Shown: piece after piece, positions 1-10,800 of the stretch | Numbering within the stretch: the stretch's first letter is position 1 | Layout: every line of letters starts with the position of its first letter | DNA from: Okamejei kenojei | Taxonomy: Eukaryota | Length of the DNA stretch: 64,000 nucleotides | Direction of reading: 5' to 3' | Assembly: GCA_035221665.1 (NCBI GenBank) | Contig: CM069168.1 | Location: 17,174,001-17,238,000 of the forward strand | Program-made: the position numbers and the translations under genes | Notes under the pieces: model-generated | Seen by the model: only the letters and a program-made list of their open reading frames with translations | What the model was told of the DNA's origin: nothing | Database searches by the model: none

Positions 1-473
1 GGAAATATAGAAAATAGGTGCAGGAGGTGGCCATTCGGCCCTTTGAGCCAGCACCGCCATTCATTGTGATCATGGCTGATCGTCCACTATCAATAGCCCG
101 TGCCTGCCTTCCCCCATATCCCTTGACTCCACTAGCCCCTAGAGCTCTATCTAACTCTCTCTTAAATCCATCCAGTGATTTGGCCTCCACTGCCCTCTGT
201 GGCAGGGAATTCCATAAATTCACAACTCTCTGGGTCAAAAAGCTTTTTCTCACTTCAATCTTAAATGACCTCCTCTTTATTCTAGGAAGATTGTTTGTGT
301 CTTCCTTAGTGAAGACGGATTCAACTCATCTGCCATTTCCTTGTTCTCCATAATAAATTCACCCTATTCAGTCTTCAAGAGTCCAACTTTGGTCCTAACT
401 ATTTTTTTTCTCTTCACATACCGAAAGCTTTTACTATCCTCCTTTATATTCTTGGCTAGCTTACTTTCGTACC

Positions 474-575
474 CGTCGCCTATCTCCTTCGCTCCTTAGA
501 TGCTGCTGCACCCGCTGAGTTTCTCCAGCCTTTTGTGTAACCCTCGATTCTCCAGCATCTGCAGTTCCTCCTTTA
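474..575 (+). mobile_element. Penelope-derived 3' fragment inserted in CR1 with 13-bp TSD TTACTTTCGTACC
   Basis: TSD at 461-473 and 576-588; body matches the family linked to a PLE ORF at 56599. Confidence 0.75.
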
Positions 576-1055
576 TTACTTTCGTACCTCATCTCTTCTC
601 CCCATATTACCTTTTTAGTTATCTTCTGTTGCTCTTTAAACGTTACCCAATCCCCTGGCTTCCCACTCGTGTTTGCTATCTTATACTTCTCTTTTATTTT
701 TATACTGTCCCTGACTTTCCAGTCAACTTTGGCCAGCTCCTCCCTCATGGCTCCATAGTCCCCTTTGTTCAACTGTAATACTGACACCTCTGATTTTCCC
801 TTCTCCCTCTCAAATTGTAGATTAAAACTTATCATATTATGGTCACTACCTCCTAATGGCTCCTTGAGTTCCTTTAACAAATCCGGTTCATTACGCAACA
901 CTAAATCCAGAATTGCCTTCTCCCTGGTAGTCTCCAATACAAGCTGCTATAAGAATCCATCACGGAGGCACTCCACAAACTACTTTTCTTGGGGTCCAGT
1001 ACCAACCTGATTTTCCCAGTCTACCTGCATGTTGAAATCTCCCATAACAACCGTA

Positions 1056-1840
1056 GTATTCAAAATTATTTGAAAAAGTATATGCATGGATATCAAACTT
1101 TAACCCCAGATCTACTGGAGGGAGGAATGAATAGAAAGGCAGAATCAAACAATTTAATATCTTACTTATATTAATATTAGAAGAGACTGGGAACAAGAGT
1201 TACCGAACGATAGATGGAATAAAAAATCTAATGAAAAAAACATAAACTAATTCACATATTATTCGAAACAAGACTGAATAAAAATATTTTCCCCCATCTG
1301 CGACAAATATCTAACTCAAAATGCACTATGCACATTCCTTTGTCTCTTGTACAAAACTGTATACATTTTGGAATGAAATTTTTGGCCTGAATTGATTACC
1401 TTTGGATCAATATTAACTAACAATTCCAAGAAGCTGGTCTAATAACAGCATTATACTTAACTTTTGGAAAAACCGCACCTATGGTCTGAAACCTACATCT
1501 TGAAGAAATGAGATTCTCTTACTAGGCATTTCTTAAAGGTTTGGTCTCCGTTTATAAACTTTATACAAGCATATAACATAAAATTATATGGTTTAGAACT
1601 ACGGATCAAAAATATGAGATAGGTAGATCTCTCCTAATCTCTCTTTTCTTGTCTTTCTCTGTTTCTACTCGCTTGTCTATCTATTCCCACACTCTTTATT
1701 TCTTTTTTTTCTCACTGTTCTTTTATTATTGAACTAAAAGTATGAAGTTGTACAAGAATGAGAATATGTATTTATGTATTAGGTACTTAAGTACCAGGCT
1801 ACTGTACTTACTTCTAACAAAAATAAACAAACAAAAAAAT
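1056..1840 (+). mobile_element. L1/Tx1-clade LINE 3' fragment with A-rich tail
   Basis: Decayed ORF2 C-terminal CCHC-type region (CDK...HSFVSCTKLYTFWNEI), AT-rich 3'UTR, AATAAA plus A-tail. Confidence 0.6.
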
Positions 1841-2609
1841 ATATCCAGGCTACTATTTGGGGGCCTGTAGATGTCCCATTAGGGATGTTTACCCTTACAA
1901 TTCCTCAGTTCTATCCATACTGACTCTACATCTCCTGATTCTATGTCACCCCTCGCAAGGGACTGAATTTCATTCCTCACCAACAGAGCTACCCCACCCC
2001 CTCTGCCCACCTGCCTCTCTTTTTGATAGGACGTATACCCTTGAATATTCAGTTCCCAGCCCTGGTCCTCTTGCAGCCATGTCTCTGTAGTTCCCACAAC
2101 ATCATACTTGCCAATTTCTAACTGAGCCTCAAGCTCGTCCACTTTATTTCCTGAAGTTTGCGCATTAATATAGAACACTTTATCTTCGGTATTCTCCTCT
2201 CCTCTCACACCGGTGACTATTGGCCCTGACCTTACTCTCTTATCCCTTCTTGAACTTTCCTTCCCATTAATTCAGGAGTCTTGTGTAACTTTTCCTGTAC
2301 TTGCTTCCCCTTTAACTCCATCTTCATACTCCCAATTCACTCCACTACTCATGGGGAAACAGTCCGAAGTAGCGCCATCAAATTGCACTGTAGATGCACG
2401 TTCTTGTGGAAGGACTGAGTGAGGTTTAGACGACGTGGTGGGCATCCACTTGTCTGCAATAGCTGGTATAGCCATGTCTGCGGACAGAATCGAAAGCTTT
2501 TACGCCAATCTTTCTCCAAGTTTGAAACAAACTTCCACATGTGGAACAGCTGTTGAGGAACAACTTCCTGTGGCTCCGGAACAGATCATCGAGGCTCAAT
2601 CTCATCAGC

Positions 2610-3740
2610 CAGAAGAAAAACAGCTGGTGGAATTCAGCGGGTCAGGCAACATTTGTGGAGGGAATGGACAGATGATATTTTGGATCACGGCCCTTCAAGC
2701 CTCCATTCACCAGGTCAGTTAATGACGACAGCAGATAGCAGAGGTTGGTTGATGATCACCATGGACTGGAATAACACATGGTTGAAGATCCCAAAGGCCA
2801 GTCTTGCTCCACGTTCTGCGTGACCGCCCACATCTGGTGCTGGAGAAGCTGTTGAGGAACAAGCTGGTGGGATTTCTTGTGGCCCCGGTTCTCCTCCAGA
2901 TGGTGTGAAGGGGAAAACCTGAAACATCTGCGGACTGATGTGGTCACCAGCTGTTTGCAAGGAACTTTCCCTCTGAAGACTTGCAGCAAAATGTCACTGG
3001 GGTGGATGAGGAGTCAGAGCCAGACGAGTTTGACAAATTTCTTAAACGCCAGTGGATTCCGGTGTGGTCCCCACCAATGTGACTTAAAATCCGATGGTTC
3101 TACACAAATGGCACGAGTTCCTGACATTCATTTTATCTGTTTTAGTTAAGTTTACTTAAGTTTAGTTTAGTTTAGATTAATTTAATTTAGTTTAGTTTAT
3201 ATTGTCATGTGTACTGAGGTACAGTGAAAGGCTTTTGTTGTGTGCTATTGAATGTTGTGAGCCCTTCTTGGGGTTGCACAGGAGAATCCACAGCATTTAA
3301 GAAATTTGTCAAACTCGTCCAGCTCTGACTCATCATCTGCCCCACTGGCATTTTCCTGCAAGTCTTTGGAGGGAAAATTCCTCGCAAACAGCTGGCAACC
3401 ACATCAGTCGGCAGATGTTTCATGTTTTCCCCTTCACACCATCTGGAGGAGATCCAGGGCGACAAGAAATCCCACCAAGTTGTTCCTCAACAGCTTCTCC
3501 AGCGCCAGGTGTGGAAGGTCACAGAGAACTTGGAGCAAGATTGGCCTTTGGGATCTTCAAGATGTGTCATTCCAGCCCATGGTGACCATCAACCTCTGCT
3601 ACCTGCTGTGGTTAAAAACTGACCTGTTAAATGTAGACAAGAATGGAGTCTTGAAGGGTCACGATCCAAAACGTCGTCTGTCCATTCCCTCCACAGATGC
3701 TGCCAGACCCGCTGAGTTCCTCCAGCTGTTTCTCTTCTTA
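2610..3740. repeat. Inverted duplication: arms ~2610-3060 and ~3285-3740, spacer containing (TTTAG)n
   Basis: Arms align by eye as diverged reverse complements, e.g. TCTCCTCCAGATGGTGTGAAGGGGAAAAC and GACGAGTTTGACAAATTTCTTAAA in both. Confidence 0.9.
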
Positions 3741-4284
3741 CCGAGGAGATTGAAGCTCACCGATCTCCGACAAGATCTCGGTCTGGAAGCACATCTCGGT
3801 CGCGGTCTCTCACGCCATGGTCTTCAAGGCCGGTCACAGAACGGTCCAGGGGCGCTGGGTCTACTCGGAGCCAACCTGACCGAGATGTTTGTGTGTAGCT
3901 GGACTTGCGGGGACTTAGCGCCGGTGAGTGCGACCGCGAACACCATCAATGGAGCAGAATGACACAAGAAAGAGACTCCCCGCCCTCACCCCCCTTCATA
4001 CTCACCCCTCGCTCCTCCGGACAGGGCGGGTGGGAGGGAAGGAAGGACTGACCCCTGAGAGGATATTTTATTCAATTGGGGGAGAGGGGCGATGTCTTTG
4101 GTCTTGACCCTTGTTTGTGTCCGGAGCGCAGACCCGGTCCGGCCGGTGATGCCTCGCTGACCAGTGGGATGACCAGAACGATGGATTGTGTCTTGAAGGA
4201 TCCCTGGCGGGAGCGCGCCGCTGACCACTCGCGCTGGGGGCGCGCGTCGAGGTTCTTCTCCGGCCATCGCCCACGGACACTGCG

Positions 4285-4500
4285 GACGCTGCCTGGACAG
4301 CGCCGCCTTTTATAGACACCGCCATGTCCCGCCCCCCTCGATGACCATTGGACCTCGCTCCGGCCACGTCGTTGGGCCATGGGGTGGTCAGTCCATCCGA
4401 TTGGCGGAGACCGCTGTCCGTCTGCGCCAAACTTCAGCGCGCGATGGACAGCTCGTGCGAAGCGATTGTCCGCTCGCTCCGGCCACGAGCCCCGCGTGAC
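4285..4500 (-). promoter_or_regulatory. Pol II-type promoter in a CpG island: TATAAAA (4314-4308), YY1-like ACATGGCGG, GC box, two CCAAT boxes, GACGTGGC element
   Basis: Motifs read directly on the minus strand in canonical order; CpG-rich from about 3760 to 4540. Confidence 0.55.
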
Positions 4501-4549
4501 CCCCCCCCCCCCCCACCCACACACTGGCGCCAAGCCGGACACTGAGGGG

Positions 4550-5110
4550 AATGAGGGACACTTGAGGAAGATTTTATTGACCATTGGTCACTGAGGGAGT
4601 GAAGGACACTGAGGGTCAGTTGGTCACTGAGGGTCATTGAGGGAGCACCGGACACGGACCGAAGTTGAGGGACTGAGGGACACTTGAGTGGATGAGGGAC
4701 ATTGAGGGGATGAGGGACATTGATGGACCATTGAGGATGAGGGACATTGAGTGATGAGGGACATTGAGTGGATGAGGGACATTGAGGGGATGAGGGACAT
4801 TGAGTGATGAGGGACATTGAGGGGATGAGGACCATTGATGGACCATTGAGGAGATGAGGGACATTGAGTGATGAGGGATATTGAGGGGATGAGGGACATT
4901 GAGGGGATGAGGGAAATTGCGGAGATGAAGGACATTGAGGGGATCAGGGACCATTGAGGTGATGAGGGACCATTGAGGTGATGAGGGGATGAGGGACCGC
5001 TGCTGATTGAGTGTCTGGTGGATGCTGAGGGAATGAGGCGATGAGGGGCACAGAGGAACTGCGGGACAAGCGGTGCTGAGGGATTTAGGGACATTGAGGA
5101 GATGAGGGGC
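4550..5110. repeat. Minisatellite, ~18-bp unit TGAGGGGATGAGGGACAT
   Basis: More than 20 imperfect tandem copies. Confidence 0.9.
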
Positions 5111-5364
5111 CAATTCCCGAGGGTGACCCCTCGCACAAGGGAAGGTCCACTCTCCCAGGGGGCAACATGAGTTCAGGGAAAAAGGGAGATGTTGGTACTA
5201 CTGCGTATAACACTAGCAATATTGGTTTATCCCCAAAGAACCGCAGATGCCAGTTTACAAAACAAGACACAAAGTACTGGAGTAACACAGCCGGTCAATC
5301 TACAAAAAAAGTACAGAGTGAGAAGGAGTTGTTGCTCTGTCTGGTGGTGCAGATTTCTGTACCT

Positions 5365-5585
5365 TTCACCTCACAATTGTACCTGCATGCTTACTTTCAG
5401 TGTCTGATGAACAAGGACACCCAGATCTTGTTGTACATCCCCTTTTCCTAACTTGACACCATTCAGATAATAATCTGCCTTCCTGTTCTTGCCACCATAG
5501 TGGATAACTTCACATTTATCCACAGTAAACTGCATCTGCCCACTCACCCAACCTGTCCAAGTCACCCTGCATCCTAATAGCATCG
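5365..5585 (-). mobile_element. CR1 RT-region fragment
   Basis: QMQFTVDKCEVIHYG...DLGVLVHQTLK. Confidence 0.8.
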
Positions 5586-5884
5586 AGGACATTGGATATT
5601 CCTGTGATATGGTCCCTTCGGCTCATTGAGACTACACTGACCATTAATCTACCTCTGTTGAGGTAGTAGATGGGGGAATCAATGGCTGTTGGGCACTGGC
5701 ATAGAGGAGGAGGTGAGGTTTTGCTGGTGAGCCATGATCATGGTGAAGGACAGATACACTATAGGTTTGAGGGGCCGAATGGCCTTCTCCCATTTACCAG
5801 TGTTTTTGCAGCCAGAACCCTACTGCCACCCATTGGCCTGCTGTGGGATTGCGGGGAGCTGCTGGCCTTCACATTTGTAGACAG

Positions 5885-6120
5885 GAGGTACATGAACTGC
5901 AGATGCTGGCTTTAAAAAAAGACACAAAGTGCTGGAGGAACTCAGCAGGTCAGGCAGCATCTCTGGAGAAAAGGAGTAAGTGACGTTTCAGGTTGGAACC
6001 CTTCTTCGGACTTTTTGACCCGAAACATCACCTATCTCCAGAGATACTGCCTGACATGCTTAGTTACTCCTGCACTCTGTGTCTATGGTTTAACCTTGCA
6101 TCTGCAGTTCCTTCAGACAC
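5885..6120. mobile_element. Inverted pair of Penelope-derived 3' fragments
   Basis: Family sequence on - followed by the same family on +. Confidence 0.7.
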
Positions 6121-6616
6121 ACCATGTCTGGTGATTGCTTTGTGACTCAGGGCATGGAGGCAGAGGTGGAGACAAGAAGTGGAGAGCAGGAGGAGGCTGA
6201 GAGGTGATCTTATAGAGGTGTATATATTCATGAGAGGAATATATATGTAGAACAGGGGAATTCAAGAACTTGGGGTCGTGGGTTTAAGGTGAGAGGGGGA
6301 AAAGATTTACTAAGAACTTGAGGGGCAACTGTTTTCACACAGAGGGTGGTGGGTGAATGGATCGAGCTGCCAGAGGAGGCCAATTAAACAATTGAGAAAG
6401 GACTTGGTGGATCCTGTGGGGTGGTTTCCCCCACGGACTGGCTAAGGCATTTTGCAAGGTGCCTCAGACAGGCAGTATCTCTGGAGAGAAGGAATGACTG
6501 ATAGACACAAAAAGCTGGAGTGACTCAGTGGAATCTGAAGAAGGGTCATAACCCGAAACATCACCCATTCCTTCTCTCCAGAGAAGTTGATCGTCCCTCG
6601 CTGAGTTACTTCAGCA

Positions 6617-7370
6617 TTTCAGAATCAGAATCACAATCACACTTTATTTGCCAAGTATGTTTTGCAACATACGAGGAATTTCATTGGCCAGGTCAGTCAT
6701 ACAATTAAAAGTAACAGATCACTCAAAAACACATTTTAACATGAACATCCACCACAGTGACTCCTACACATTCCTCACTGTGATGGAAGGCGAAATAAAG
6801 TTCAAGGCCTTCCTTTTGTTCTTCCTCGGTCGGGGGCCTCGAGCCCCCATTGATGGGACGATCTTGACTTGTAGCCCGTGGCATTCTGGCCCTCCGCTTG
6901 AAGGCGTTCAGCTCCCGCATCGGGGGGGGGGGGGGGGGGGGGAGAATGTCAGCTCCCCCGCGGCGGGCGATCGAACCTTACGTCGGAGCTGGTGGAACCT
7001 TCTGCGGCGTTGGAGTTCCTGACTAGCCTCTCCCGAGACTGCGAGCTCTTGATGGTCAGTAAGTCTGCAGGCCACGGTGGGAGCGATCCCAGGCAAGGAA
7101 TCTGCTCTGATGTTAAGTCCGCGCTCCGCGGTGGGGCTCATGACAGTCCGAGGTGGCTTCCAGCTCCAGCGATGGTAGGCCGCAGAGCCTGGAGAATGTG
7201 ATCCGAAATTCAATCACATCTCCGGGAAGGTAAGAACTTGAAAAAACGTTTCCCCCGATCCCCCCCATCCCGAAGTACAATGAAAACAAACTCTTAACAA
7301 ACGCTAAAAATAACAAAAGGTGAAAAAACGAACGGACTGCCAGCAGGGCTGGCCATCTCCCCGCCGCCCC
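6617..7370 (-). mobile_element. Non-LTR retroposon (probably non-autonomous) ending in AATAAA plus (ATTCTG)n tail; second truncated copy at 51113-51460
   Basis: Near-identical ~190-nt 3' ends at the two loci; tandem-repeat tail typical of non-LTR elements. Confidence 0.65.
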
Positions 7371-7508
7371 TTTCGTGTCTATCTGCAGTTATGTCCTACA
7401 CTTATGGTGTCCTGCTGAGTCCCTCTTTGTTCTATCATATGTTCATAAGTTATAGGAGCAGAATTAGGCCATTTGGCCCATCAAGTCCACTCCATCATTC
7501 CACTAGGG

Positions 7509-7820
7509 CATGGGGTTCCCAACCTTATTCATCCCGTTTACCCTGGCAACTTTAACAGCACATCACAAAATTATTGAACTTATTAATGAACAACTGATGA
7601 TGAACAGGTAGACAAAAGTGCTGGAGAAACTCAGCAGGTGCAGCAGCATCTATGGAGCGAAGGAAATAGGCAACGTTTCGGGCCAAAACCCTTCTTCAGA
7701 ACAGATACCAGTATACCAGAACCAAACACAGTCAGTCAATGAGAAAAAAGATGTACAAATCCAGAATCAACAAATTTGCCCCCTGGATAGTTAAAATTTA
7801 CCCCAGGTTGGGAACCCTTG
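7509..7820. mobile_element. hAT-type MITE with 8-bp TSD CACTAGGG and a nested Penelope fragment (~7607-7700)
   Basis: TIRs CA(T)GGGGTTCCCAACCT / AGGTTGGGAACCCTTG; TSD at 7501-7508 and 7821-7828. Confidence 0.85.
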
Positions 7821-7859
7821 CACTAGGGGGAGAGATTGGGTAAGTGCAGTCTTTAGGTA

Positions 7860-9150
7860 GATATGTTACAAAACTTACCTTCAGTGGCGCTGCAGTTCTG
7901 TCACTGGCCGTGTGCGCGACTTTGGCGCCTTTGGGGGGGGGGGGGGGGGGGGTGGGTTAAAATGCGGTTTTCCCCTGCCTGCCAGAGTTATATTTTCTCT
8001 GGGTGCGAGCTTTTACTGAAGATTTGTTCCGACTGCCAGTCTGTGAATTTTTTTTTTAAACGCCCTACAATTTCAGCGCTGGAGTAAAATAAAAATTAGC
8101 TTCTAATGCCGTGAACGCCAACAACGGGGACAGATTTCACGTACAGGACAGGTAAAGGAAAGACGTTTATTTTACATATAAACGTGCTTTTAGGATGCCT
8201 TTAATCCAAATTTCATGTTGCGAAAAGGTGATTTAGGCCCCATACGAACCAGCAGTATTTCTCCTGCGATATGGGTTTTAAATTCACCGCAAATGTAACA
8301 TTCCAATCCATTGCATTCCACAAAATCTAACTCGCAAGATGATTAAAATGGCCATTAAATTACGGGAATTAAACACTAAATCCCTTCCATTTGGCCTATA
8401 TATTCATGACAATGAGATTTAAAAATCATGTTATATTGTGAATTCTTGTGTGAATGTTATTTGGACACTTAGGCTATTTAAAAATGTTAATATTTTCTTA
8501 AGAAATGGATAGATGTTTAGATCTAGTCATTGAATTTTGTAATTAGCTACAATTCAATTCAATTCAATTCAACTTTAATGTCATTGCACAGATACAAGTA
8601 TGGGTACAACGAAATGCAGATTAGTGACAGTACGAAGTGATAGCAATATATAGGTAAATACAGATAAATAAATACAGATGTGGAAATCTATCGGCGGGAC
8701 TCCGAGTTCAGTCAATGCGATGGTGTTATTATAGAAGCTACTCCTCATCCTGCTGGTGCGGGACCTGAGGCTCCAGCCGGGAATTAAACAATAAAACAAT
8801 TGGGTAACTAATTAATTCTATGCTTTAATTTCAGGTCATCCAAGTAAGATTGTTTCATATTTGTTTCAGAATGCTTCAATCTATAATAACTGACAATTTC
8901 TTTCAGTTCTCTTAATTTTTAAGGAAGTTATGGGCTTTTGACTGTCCTCGATCCCAGCTTTTGCGTTAAGTCAATGGAAAAGCAATAGGGAACAAGACGC
9001 TAATTTCCGAGTATGAAAATGGCCATAACCTTTTTTAATACTGAAGATATGAAAGTGAATTAGGTGTCAAATTAAACTTCTTTGTGTGTTTTATCTGATG
9101 GGATAAATTGCAGACGATTTTTTAAATTTCAAAATTTTGTAGCATTGCTA
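7860..9150. mobile_element. Probable non-autonomous DNA transposon with short TIRs; small nested retroposon fragment at ~8553-8775
   Basis: ATGTTACAAAA...TTTTGTAGCAT termini, AT-rich body. Confidence 0.4.
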
Positions 9151-9299
9151 GTGATATGGGCCCTTTGGCTCATTGAGACTACACTGACCATTAATCTACC
9201 TCTGTTGAGGTAGTAGGGGGAAATCAAGGGCTGTGGGGTAGAGGAGGGGGTACAGTATAGGTTTGAGGGGTGGAATGGCCTTTTCCCTTTTGTAACCTG

Positions 9300-9900
9300 G
9301 TTCACCGCCTCAGGTGTGTGAGCTGCGGCTGCAGCTGCGGGCAGGGGCCGCACGGTGGGGGTGTCGGCGGAGGGCGGCGATCGCTCCCCTCCAACGGGCG
9401 GGCGGGCGGCGTGAACGGCCCCGCTTGGCGCAGCGCACGCTCCTCGGTCTTGGCGGAGTCCTCCAGGGCGGCGGGACGCGGCGACCGCTCGGTGACGGCA
9501 GGTAGGCCGCGGCCGCGGTGTTGGCGCCGCAAAACGCCCGGAATCCACCCACTAAACCCGGGGCAGAGGGACGGCGGCAGACGGGGAGACGCTTTAGCGC
9601 GTGTGGGAGGGAGGCCGGACCCGGGCCCGGGCCCGCGCTGTGTTTTAGCCCCCACGCCGGCCAGCGAGGCCGCGCTTCCCGGCAGCCGCGCGGGAAAGGC
9701 CCCAGGCCTGGGCCTAGTCGTCGCGCTTCAGGCCTCGGGCCTCGAGTCCGGGCCAGGCCGCTCCCCAGCGCCATCGCGCCCGCTCCGCCAGCCCAGCCCG
9801 GCCCGGCCCGGCGGGGGCCGCCGCTTTATCGCTCTTTTTGGAGCTTTTATATTTTCCCCCCATTGTTATAAACCCCGCTCTTTCCCCGCCTCAAACCACC
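9300..9900 (+). promoter_or_regulatory. CpG island / CCAR2 promoter and non-coding first exon (candidate donor CAG|GTAGGC at 9502)
   Basis: Dense CpG and GC boxes about 2.5 kb upstream of the first coding exon. Confidence 0.65.
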
Positions 9901-9904
9901 AGTA

Positions 9905-10800
9905 ATATCCCTCTCCCTTTATTCCCCCTCTTCCTTTTAATCTCTCTCTTCCTTTTATTCCCCCTCTTAATTTTATTCCCCCTTTCTTCATTTTATTCCC
10001 CCTTTCTTCATTTTATTTCTTCATTTTATTCCCCCTTTCTTCCTTTTATTCCCCTTATTTTATTCCCCTTTTTCTTTTTATTCCCCCTTTCTTCCTTTTA
10101 TTCTTCCTTTTATTCTCCCTCTTCATTTTATTCCCCCTCTTCATTTTATTACCCCTCTTCATTTTATCCTCTCTCTTCCTTTTATTCCCCTTATGTTCCT
10201 TTTATTCCTCCTCTCTTTTATCCCCTTTCTTCCTTTTAGTCTCTCTCTTCCTTTTATTCCCTCTCCCACCATCTCTTTCTTTCCACCACTATATCTTATT
10301 TTATTCAATCTTTGCCAGTTTTTCTTTTTTTTACTTTCTTTTCCGCATTCTCAGTTTTTTTCCTCTTCACCACAGTCTAAATCTTATTTTAATCTCTTTA
10401 CCAGTCTTTCTTTATTTTTGAACCTCTGTCACACTTTCTCATTTTTATAACCTCTTTGCCAGTCTTTCTTATCTTTTAATCCCTTTACCAAAGTATTTCT
10501 TATTTTTTAATCTATTTGTCACAGTCTTTCTTATTTTTTAACCTCTTTACCACACTTTCTTATTTTTTTAACTCATTACCAAAGTCTTTCTTATTTTTTA
10601 ACCTCTTTACCACTCTTTCTTATTTTTTAACCTTACCACTATCTTTCTTATTTTTTTTAACCTTTTTGTCACAATATCTCATTTTCCCCCTCTCTGCCAC
10701 ATTCTCTCATTTTACTTCCTCTTTGCCACAGCCTTTTCCTCTTTCCCAGTCTTATTTCTCCCTCTTTCCTGCAGCTGCACCTCATTTTTTCACTTTTGTT
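9905..10800. repeat. Pyrimidine-rich low-complexity tandem repeats in CCAR2 intron 1
   Basis: (TTTTATTCCCCCTTTCTTCA)n-like, then (TTTAACCTCTTTACCACACTTTCTTATT)n-like. Confidence 0.85.

Larger units (their letters stand above)
1..2345 (-). mobile_element. Degenerate, internally deleted CR1 LINE (3' tail at 1, endonuclease region near 700-1050 and 1845-2200) with nested insertions
   Basis: APE motifs (KYDVVGTTETWL, ILDLVL...GGSDHNMISF); CR1 3'UTR and tail. Confidence 0.85.

Noticed and set aside
3950-4500. LTR or protamine/histone gene (TATA followed by AATAAA within ~240 nt)
   Set aside because: No partner LTR, recognisable tRNA primer-binding site or gag/pol; the ORF is neither Arg-cluster protamine nor histone
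4434-5136. Repetitive ORFs / CRISPR-like periodicity
   Set aside because: Head-to-tail minisatellite with no unique spacers or cas genes; eukaryotic context
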